Positions 54,438-64,000 of a DNA stretch of 64,000 nt are shown here, piece after piece. Each line of letters opens with the position of its first letter. The first letter of the stretch is position 1. The DNA is taken from contig OZ365110.1 in NCBI GenBank assembly GCA_977030845.1, positions 22,816,001 through 22,880,000 of the forward strand, in the 5' to 3' direction. The stretch comes from Fimbriosthenelais zetlandica (taxonomy: Eukaryota). The notes under the pieces were generated by a model. It saw nothing but the letters and a program-made list of their open reading frames with translations, had not been told where the DNA came from and searched no databases. The translations under genes and the position numbers were made by a program.

Positions 54438-54665
54438 CTTCCTTTTGTTTTTATCCTTTATTGCCTGTAGTCTTTTTTGGAAGCATTTAACACAGAAATC
54501 TTCATGTTGTATTGGAGGAGGGGGTGGTACAGGCACGGGTTCTGTCTCCGACGGGGGGTTGTATGGAGGGGGTGGGATCAACGGGTGTGTAGGGAAGAGG
54601 AGAGGGGCAATGGGCGGTGAATGCTGACGCCTCACCCGTCTCCTTGTCTTCCTAAACTTAAACAT
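54438..54665 (-). CDS. Candidate alternative coding exon: 76-aa Arg-rich/Pro-rich peptide with PPPPY, ending at a strong phase-0 donor
   Basis: ATG at 54665 opens MFKFRKTRRRVRRQHSPP...IPPPPYNPP...CVKCFQKRLQAIKDKNKRK, ending AAG|gtgagt at 54438. An upstream acceptor ccttttccttactgcag| sits at 54722. In frame with the AHLFSLG exon. No transcript evidence. Confidence 0.35.
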
Positions 54666-57600
54666 GTTGATCTCTCTTAAATAATCTCCATAAAGTTATG
54701 AATCAGTCCACTTAAGGCAATCCTGCAGTAAGGAAAAGGTGTGCTAATCACAGGTGGTGAGTATATAGGTGTGCCTACACCCATCTGGGTCAGGTGTGTG
54801 TATGGGCTTTACTAGTAAGGTTGTAAGGGAGGATCCATGCACCTCCTCTTCTTCCTCCCCTCCGCCTCCTCTTGCAACGGTTTGTCTTCTTCCTTCATAA
54901 AGTGTGTCACCACAAACACAAGTTGGGGATGGCTCATCATTATCCAAGGCTCTCTTCACCATCGAGTAATACTGGAGTGATAGCTGGCATCGGACCAGGT
55001 GTGGGGGATATAGCAGTCTACAGAGGTGATACCAGCAGGTATACCTCTAAGGATGGATGGGCATGTAGAGGGGTAGAACAAGAATCACCTGAGGGCATCA
55101 AGAGTTTACCCTGCTTTGTCTTGTGGCAGAAAAACCAAAGCGGGTACGTGTGCAAGTGGGGGACGGTGGGAGGCAAGAGATAGGGCCTTAGCTGTGGCAA
55201 GATAAATTGCCCATGTGGAGATCACTTGCAGTGAATTAATTGTTGCTTGAATCAAGGGGCCGAACAGGCCCGGCTGAACTGAGGAGATATAATATGAAGC
55301 TCTTCAGTGCACGTGGAGATCAGAATCTCCACCTATTTAGTGGGCTCCCATTCTCTACATGCCTTATCTGTTGATCTTTTCCTGGTTGAGCTGTATCTAT
55401 TAAGGCTTAAAGATAAGATGGTTCAATCTAATGTTGACAAATATGTTCTGCTTCATTTCAAATCCAATGCTTAGAACTTTTCCCCAACTAATTGCTATTG
55501 TTCTTTGTAAGTCCTGTTATTGTTTTACAAAATCCAATATTGAGCAAATGAACTTCACATCAAGATTTAAGGTGTGTAGTCCAGTCAGATATGAAAGATT
55601 CTGTTGCATTCTCCTTTACATTGAAACGTTTTTTTTTATAAATTCCTTTGTAGTTGCATAATCTAAGTATGTTTGGATTCAGACACAATCTGTATGTATG
55701 GTTTCAGTTCGGAACCATTTAACTTTTTCCGGATTCAATTTCTGCGTCACAGGCTCAGCCATATGATAATCAAATACAGCGTGGAGGACAAATCAGTTCT
55801 GGTTGGTTTGAGATCCCACTTGTTCAGATTTAATTAATTCAGTATTAGCCTAGAAATAGGCTCATCAGAATGGTGTATTAGTTATGTTTGGGGGGGCGAG
55901 TGTCATTATTAGAGTCTTCACCCGAGGGGATCTCTTTTCTTGTTCTTGTCTAAATTACCATGTAATAATTGTCCCTTCTGGTGGAAGCCACCCGTTAATG
56001 TAAACGGTTACACTAGATGTCCTCAGCTAATGGGTAGGATGTTTTTGATCCATGATAAGCAGGTCTGAAGTATAGATATCAAAAGATCTTTACTTCTTTC
56101 AACTCTGGATGTAGTAGGTGTATGGTTGATGGTGTTTGGAGGGAGAGTTGGTTGCATACCAATGAGTGTGAGTGTCTTCAGGAGATTGCGTGATTATCCT
56201 CTCATCCATACCGATGTATGTCAATGTTAAAACGGAAGGCTAGCTTCTCTGGTGCATACATGAGCACGGTGCATAAATTAGACCATATACAGCCGTATAA
56301 ATCATAAATATAGCAATCCAGGTCAGGTAGAAAAGCATTAAACATAGGTGTAGTCCTATATAGTCAATTAATGTACGATTTTTTCACTTGTGAAATTAGT
56401 TGCACAATTTCCGTACTAAAAATTATAAGGAATGGGTGACCATTGCAAAAATCAGCATCTTGTAATCGATCACAACATGCAAGTTGTACACGTAACCAGA
56501 CTTGGTAACAGTAGGTTTTCATGTAACATTTTGGGATGATGAATTGTTCCAAAATCGAGTAAAAAGTTTCCCTGTCACAAATAAAATATTAACTGTGCTA
56601 AGTGCCCTTATTAAATAGAACACCTACAAATGGACCACTTTTTTGAAGAGAATCTTTTCAATTAGTTATAAAGACCTCTGCTGCCTTGTACAAAACCTTC
56701 AATTTATAAAACTATTTGTGTTATATAGTCCTTCGAGCTATATACAATGAGAAGTAGAGTACTGTTCCTGCCACAAATCTAAAGTAAAGTTTGTGAACTT
56801 CCCTCTTGACAAAACCATCCAGGTGTATATAAGATCTCCTCTGTAAATCCTATACTTGATATGCTTCCGATCCTCAGGTGACGCCCAGAGAGTATGGTGC
56901 ACATGGTCCATCCAAAATGTATTATACCTCAAAGAGGGTCCACACTCTCTATGGAGGGCCCCAAACTTCAATACACAGCATACACGTGGACACACTTAGC
57001 CTTGTAAATTGATATACCCCAAAGAAAAGGCCCTCCAAATCAAGTCAAGCAATTGTTGTATGACATTTCCAATGTGTTTGTAATGATGTATTCCATCTGC
57101 AAAGTTGTGGTATCGAGGATATTAGTATTGGACGTGGGGAGAGTGTTGGGAGGACTGGGTGAGGTGGATAGACCTGCAGTAGAGAGAGATAGACAGGCTG
57201 GTAGGAAACAGCTGGGATATGACAGAGAAGTCACGAGTGACATGTTTTAGGGTTTTCTCAGGTAAATATTGTCCTGTCAAGCGGCTGTGGTTCTCTACCT
57301 GTGGCTTAACCTCAAGATTGATCCACAGAAGAGAGAAAGAGGGAAAGAGAGTAGGAAAGAGAAGGCCTAAGGCAACTACCTCCCGCCTTACTAACTCCCA
57401 CCTCCCAGGCATGAAGTTACACATAGGAGAGAGAACTTCCAAGCTTTTAAGTTGGTCTTTAAAGTCCCATTCTTCTGGCTCTCTCTCGCACCTTCTCTCT
57501 CCCCAGGTTACATCAAGGGCTTATAAAAGGAGACATAAGATGGAAGGACACTATACTGCCAGCCAACACGTGCTAGTTTACATGTTTATAGAGTGGGCAA

Positions 57601-58303
57601 TGGCTGACTGGATTCAGGCCATATGTAACTCCTTCAAGTGGTATTAAGTACATACATGAAAAGCACCTGTACATAGGTACGAGTTATGATTTAACGGCAA
57701 GGTCACATAAGTCAATAATATTCAATTATATATCTAAGCTATATGGATATTTTAGTTGTAAAACATCCCTTCCAAGTAAAAGGGGACAGATTGGTTCCAG
57801 TTTCCTGCAGATCCAATCGCATGGAGACTGGAGACCGGGGACAATTTAGCATAGCTGGGACAAGTCTCCAGCAAACTGGCCCTTTAGTGGACAGAACCAA
57901 GTTCCCCAGATATATTGTCTGGACATCCTATCAAAGGATGGCAGGTCATTGTCGGAATGTCACAGAGTTGTAAAGTGATTGCCAAATAGTTGTAATGTAG
58001 ATTTAATTGCCAGCTGCTTTTGGAAGGTGGATACTGCGTGTGGGCTTGTTTCTGTACCCATCATGTGATGCTATGATAGTAAACCATACCTCTCCCAGCC
58101 CTCATCTCCTCTCAGCCTGCTGAGATGGGAGAGGAATGCGAGCCTTTACTTCGCGAGTTGTTAGAAGGGATTCACGTTAAATCGTCAGATCATCGCGTGA
58201 TCTGAGCAGCAGGGTAGGATTACAACCAAGTAAGATTACATAAATATAGGTTACACGTATCTCAACTGTGTCAATTGTTCCTTGAGATCATAGGATTAGG
58301 AAA

Positions 58304-58380
58304 GGGCCGTCGGTTAGAGTGCTAACCCATTCAGGGTTACTAATGAATGCAGGGTTTGCAGTTTGATCCCCGAGCGGTCC
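58304..58380 (+). mobile_element. Possible degenerate tRNA-derived element
   Basis: tcggttagagtgc resembles a D-arm/A box and gcagtttgatcccc resembles a degenerate B box. Internal short stems ggttag/ctaacc and cattca/tgaatg. Confidence 0.3.
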
Positions 58381-59849
58381 AAGGCAATGCTTCATATAAG
58401 ATAAAAATAATGAATGCAATATTTCACATATATAACAATGACCCGGTCATATTTTCCCCTGGACATGTCCATAAGGATATGGACAAACCCATTAATAACC
58501 GAATTCCTTGCTAAGTAAACCAGTACAAGATGTTCCCCTTGTTGCCCCTGCAGCATGCTGCTTCTGCTCGCCTATCAAAAGCCATCCATCACCGCCCAGC
58601 ATTTCTCTCTGTCTCTCTCAGACTAGAGTTGTAAGACCAAGACGGAGGCAGCTTTCTCTCTAGGTAACCGTCAGCATGTAGACCTGTCATCTAGACATAC
58701 ATATATATGGTTATTATAGAGGATGGCATGCCGAGCGATGACAGCCATAGGATTCTTCACTAACACATAAGGTCTGGTTCTACTATAAGAGTCCAATAAT
58801 TAGTGAAATGCCCCAAGGGGAACACAGATCCAAGGTACCCATGCTGGGCCCTGATTTCTGGAGTTAATGATTGAAAAAATCTGACCATACATATCCCTTA
58901 TTTGGGACCGATTTTAAAGCTGATTAAAAACAGAATCATGAGTGAATATTTTGACGGCCAGTTAGCAATACCAGTATTTCAGCTATCACAGAACGCGCAC
59001 AATGGCTTGCTCATCATTAAAATCATGATCAGTATAAAAGGTTGGCATATCATCAGCCATGCACAATTCATATGACTACTTCTTGGACCGCGATTAATGC
59101 ACTCATCCTTTTAAATTAGAATATTGCCTAAATCCTAAAATTGCTAAACCGGACAGTGGCATTAAAACCACGCCTAATTGATACCCCGTAGTTTGATACC
59201 TTCTAAGTCTGATTGCTCGGCTAAGGGAAGATAATGGATCACCACAGGCACTTTTTGCTGGCCCCATTGACTGAACACCATGACAATAACACACCATTTG
59301 TCTCACCCACGCAGTGTAGGTAATAATTAAGACTGCCCTGGATACTGGTTGAGATCATCTAATTGTGATAGGCCGGAGTACATACACTTTATACATAATC
59401 CTAGATTTCTCAGCCTTCCATGAAGTAATTGAGTCATCTTATGAATTAGAAAGAGATCCGACATTTCCCCTGACACTGAGTGTCCCTCCCAAAGCAATTA
59501 TTCACCAAGGTGTACACCGGTTTCAGAGGAAAATCTTTTTTAAAACATTATTATCAAAGTTGTGACATAGAAATCTGATCTTACGGGGTCTGGGGTCATT
59601 CAGTATAGCGTTTCATAATGCATGGTATTCTCTTGGCCTAGTATCAATAACTAGACTTCATTCTAAGTTTACTCAGGGCAAAAGCATTTACCTTGATGAA
59701 AGCATAACGGCCAAAAGGCTAGGGCAAGAAACTTATTGGTCTGTTTCCAAAGACATTAAAGGGGAATACAAGCTTACGATGGTAATAATCATCTGTTTAA
59801 ACCCTGGCAGAAGTACAATATTGTAGGCCTTGTTTTGAGATTTGTGGTC

Positions 59850-59885
59850 AATGTTTTGAAAGAAAACTGAATGTTTTGAAAGAAA
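59850..59885 (+). repeat. Short tandem duplication, 20-bp period
   Basis: aatgttttgaaagaaa at 59850 and 59870. Confidence 0.85.
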
Positions 59886-62097
59886 GACAGTGAATCAACT
59901 TACAAACTTTTTTCAAGGCTGATGCATCGGATCAGGGAAGTGTGTCCCCTGTTAGGCCTTATCGGCAAAGAATTTCTTTGGCCTAATTCTTTGCCCAGCC
60001 ACATATCCCTTGATCAAAGCTCATTTACATAACTTAGGATTCAATAAGATGCCTGGGAATGAGGTGTAAAAGGTGTGGAGTGCCTAGGCACAGGACACCT
60101 TGTCATCCTGTCTGGCCATAGAAAACGGTCGAATTAGTACATTCCAATCTCCCATGGCTTCTACTATTTGCTTTAGTCTACAATACAGGTGAATAGGCTA
60201 CTTGAAAAGGGGGCCTAGCTCACACATAGACAAGCCTGGGGTATATACACATATTGCCCCCCTTTTTGGTCAGGATAGGGTGTATATATATGTTTGATTT
60301 TTCAGGGGTCCTTGTCCAAGGTCAAGAAGATGAGCAGCATAAGTTATTCACCAATGAAGGGTTCATATGTCATCATTCATATTAGGTTACCGGGAAAGCT
60401 TCTATCAATTAGACCAAAGTCTACAGCAAGCCCATAATAATAATTCAATTGCCTTTTTTAATTCTTGCGATTTCTATATCAATCATCCTTTAAGAACCCC
60501 AACCATATGAAATGTAGAAAAAGAGATTAAAGAAGATATACATGTAACATGAAAGTTAGGGGGAAAGGACCCACCTTTATAGCGGGATGTGATTCAGATC
60601 AAGAGTTTCAGTAGGCAAGACAATCAGACAAATTTTCCTTCATGATTTCATTCATTCTATCTCCCCCACCTGCTCATTTAGGCTTAATATAAAATGAAAA
60701 TTTTGAAATGTAGATATATACATCATAATATATTATTCTTATTCCTCCTCTTCGAAAAAAATATTATTTTTACGATTATGTCATTTTCGCAAAATGTAAG
60801 TGAAACCCGCCAAATATTATGTTCACATAACTTGCTGAACAAATATACCGAACATGACGTTGCAAATAATATTATGCTCTCTGAAACCGTATCCAAGGAA
60901 ATGCCTTTGGGATACGAGGAAAGTGTGAAGGGGGCGGGGGTCGGAATAAAGTAACTATATTTAGCCTGACTGAACACAATTTTTGATATTAAGATCGGAA
61001 ATCTAAGGAGCCGATCTAGGTTATTTCCCGTGGGTGGGGGGTGGGGGAGGGCGGCGCCACAACTATGGTGCAATAAATAATTGCTGAGTGACTCATGTAT
61101 AGTGAAACATGTATTGAGGTGAAATCCTCAATTTATCAATTAATTGTTTATTCTGCACCCTTAGAGCATATCGAACATATTTTTTAGAAAGCTCGGAATG
61201 TCTGCTTTCAGAAAATTCTAGCCGCCACCGAGTTTCTTAAAATAGGGCCCTCATAATCGATTCTGGAGATCCGTGTTTGTCCCAGGCCAGGGTCCTGATA
61301 TCTTATAACTGACTGTCGTAGATTTTGTTTAAAAAACATTTATCAAAATCAGAAATGGAATTCAGACTGTGAAACAACTGTGAATTCCCCTTTCACTGCG
61401 ACAAAGACATTCCATAATGGGCTTTAAAAGATACATCTGAAAAAATCTGATAGTTTGAATTGCTTCCTTTCTTGAGAAACCTACAGGTGTACATCAGTGT
61501 GGTCTGTGCACCACCCACCACCTGTATAACCTCCTCCAACATCATTAATCAACGTCAACATCCCCAACAAAGATTCATAGAATCTGGCAAGAAATATAGT
61601 TTTTAAATGTCACTCTACATAACTATTTCAATCTGTTAAAGTGTAGACTGTACTAAAATGCTATAAGTTACAGAAAGAGATACTGTGGAATAGGGGTGGG
61701 ACTGGAATCAATCAGAGGTGTTTAGTGCTGAAGTGTCAGACATGTATCAAAACATACGTTGGTAATGTGGTACTGGTTGTTAGCCAACCCATTTAAAACA
61801 CCGTTTAGAACTTTTTTTTAAAGAGGGGCATCTCTATTATGACTATTTCATTTAAATTGTACTAAAAATATAATATGAAGTGCCTCATGCTCTCTGACTG
61901 TATACAGATTGACAGATTCGGCAAAAAATCTCTGCAGCCTTCTTCATATTCAAAGGACTGAAATTGGATATTTCCTGTACCTTCATTTACGAATTTCTGA
62001 TAATTCATACATGGGAACCCAAGGTAATACATGAAGGAGAACTGGAGTTAGAACGTCGGTCGGTGGTGCATGGGAGAGGCACTACCTAGGATTATCA

Positions 62098-62112
62098 CTC
62101 ACTAGATGGCGT
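62098..62112 (+). promoter_or_regulatory. Candidate CTCF site
   Basis: TCACTAGATGGCG versus core CCASYAGRKGGCR, one mismatch. Confidence 0.35.
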
Positions 62113-62722
62113 GGTGGTGCTGGGCATTTCTCAGACATATACATTATATGGAAGCAAACTGCGAATTTAATACTGATAATGGCACGGCCGTATTAGCATG
62201 TGAGCTTGCAATGGTCCATTGACATTTACTGCTTATATTTCCTAACCACACAACTTTCACTACGTTCTCTGAACCCTCGCACATATTGCGTAGTTGAAAA
62301 AGTACTTTGTCTTGGCATGAGATTATTTCATTTGATTGATATAGTTTCGCTCTGCCAGTCACATAATCCTTATTAGTTTTCAAATATAATTTTTCAAAAG
62401 AAAAAGTTTAAGTAAGATATTGTTAAATATGAACAGCATGAGAATAGAGCAAAGTCACCACTTCAAAATACATGTATTGTTAAAATGGAAAAGGACAAAC
62501 AGAAATACTGAAAGGGACGGACGGCAGACTTTTGGTCACAGTGGAATTTTGATCATACCTTCAACTAAAGGAAGTAGGCCCTATAGTTTATAACCTCAGA
62601 TAATCTCAACTCTTTACAATAAAAGGCCAGATTTCTCAGAATGAGAAACAAATCTTGTCAACCACAATTAGACAATCAATTTAAGATCAGGCATTCCGGT
62701 TCTAGAGATGTGATCACATTAC

Positions 62723-62778
62723 CTTGTAAGAGTTTCCCACGTTCTCGTACTCGGGTGGTATGTACATCGTCTCTGGGT
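62723..62778 (-). CDS. KNDC1: KNDC1-like coding exon (KIND domain 1, PPE segment); most 5' exon found in the window
   Basis: Minus strand reads cttcacatttcag|AC CCA GAG ACG ATG TAC ATA CCA CCC GAG TAC GAG AAC GTG GGA AAC TCT TAC AAG|gtaatg = (D)PETMYIPPEYENVGNSYK. This matches the remembered human KNDC1 KIND1 segment DPEGAFVPPEFDVTGNTFE. 56 nt, phase 1 in, phase 0 out, in frame with the 51567 exon. Too short to appear in the ORF track. Confidence 0.9.
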
Positions 62779-64000
62779 CTGAAATGTGAAGACGTAAAAT
62801 CAAGTTTCATGTTTATACAAAGTTTCATCATATTCCCAAAAGATCAGAGGTGAAGGCTAATGAACATATTCTTTTTTTCCAAAACTTTTCACTAGTCATT
62901 TTTTCACTACTCTTTTATGTTTTAAAATTGTACATATCTATATTCGATTAAGAGTGGGGGATAGTATATATGTATCACCAATATATATTGTCACCAATAT
63001 TTTTAAAAAGAATTTGATTCTTTGAACCAAGACTATTTTATATATTAGTGGGCAATCTGAATCATATATGACAGAAATTGATGATCTTGTATGTCATCTT
63101 ACATAGAGGACATACATAGAAGGTAGGCCTATTTTACCTAAAACCCATGTAAAGGTCCAGCAGTAGAGTTCATTGATGTGGGACAGGGAGAGGCTATTAC
63201 CAATGGTTTATTCCACAAATATATTAGAAGCTTTATTTATCACTCTGTCACGTCAACCCCCTGGTGATGCCTGTATGGGGAAGTCCTCAGTGAGTGCTCC
63301 ACTTTAATTTCATGCCCATCATGACTCTCCATGATTCATGAATCTTTACCTTAACTCCCACATCAGGGTAGGTTAGGTTTACATCATTATAGTCTCTATA
63401 CAGACGACGGTTATGTCCGAGTTCTCATGATCTCTATACAAAAGATCAACATTAGGCGGGCAATAAGATTTGCATGAAGAGAGATCAATGTGCCACTCTC
63501 TAAGGACAAGCAAAGTGTGGGTAAGGGTCCACTTGGTCAGTTAAACCTATGACCAACTGCAGCTAGACCCACTGTGCTGCCATCTATCCACTTAACTAAC
63601 AATGCAGACTACTCACTATATACTAGTATCTCCAGAAATGTGACCGATTGGAAAATATAGTTTTAAAATATATTATCAGAAGAGATATAGCATCTTATCT
63701 TGCTTGTTGGCTGGGGTGAAGTCTATAATAGACCCCCAAAGTCGGCTGTATGTTCCTATGGCCAGCACGTTATTCAGGAACAAGCCAACAAGCAAACTTC
63801 AAACAGGTCAATGTAGGCAATGTGCCTGACTATAAAGGCAGACTTCACCAGATAATAAAAGGCCACACGTGGTCCCCATGTCAAGAGTCATAAACCTGAT
63901 TCTTATTCTACCAACATACAATAAAGAACACAGGTGTACAATGCAATTTATCCAGATAGATGCAGATGGGGCAAAGCATGCTAAAACCTAGCCATCCCAG

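Noticed and set aside
55392-55406. ALIDT, reading ALIDTGST with a 1-nt insertion, like a retroviral protease active site
   Set aside because: It needs a frameshift, and no RT motifs follow downstream.
27-62853. The many 60-140 aa ORFs in the supplied track
   Set aside because: They have no recognisable domains, overlap randomly on both strands and lack splice-compatible ends, as expected by chance in intronic DNA. ORFs 43429..45808 are off-frame or antisense shadows of the giant exon.
1-64000. CRISPR arrays, operons, rRNA or other prokaryotic systems
   Set aside because: The sequence is a spliced eukaryotic locus. The CAGGT array has only a 5-nt constant unit with 2-40 nt spacers and is not CRISPR-like.

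Overview
AT-rich animal genomic DNA, not prokaryotic. It is probably from a marine invertebrate deuterostome; repeated TAGGCCTA palindromes hint at an echinoderm, which is inference. The whole window lies inside one minus-strand gene, a KNDC1 / very-KIND-like gene. I reconstructed five phase-compatible coding exons by hand, each with AG/GT splice sites: 62723-62778, 51388-51567, 50669-50741, 43407-46198 and 8497-8611. They encode the C-terminal half of KIND domain 1, a ~930-aa acidic Ser-rich linker carried on one 2,792-nt exon, and the start of KIND domain 2. The gene's first exons and its 3' exons (in KNDC1, the RasGEF part) lie outside the window. The rest is intron, including one of ~34.8 kb. 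The introns hold decayed mobile-element relics, a hairpin-bearing non-autonomous element with a ~168-bp internal repeat, tRNA-derived SINE-like heads and candidate regulatory sites. The best leads are: (i) an exon-shaped 285-nt segment inside the KIND1 intron that could give an isoform with a new Arg/Pro-rich (PPxY) N-terminus, or act as a poison exon; (ii) a one-stranded cluster of 12 CAGGT motifs in 283 bp, with weaker sister clusters; (iii) a CpG-rich promoter-like island 7 kb upstream of the KIND2 exon. Most of the short ORFs in the supplied track are chance ORFs. No computation or database search was run; all family assignments rest on remembered motifs.
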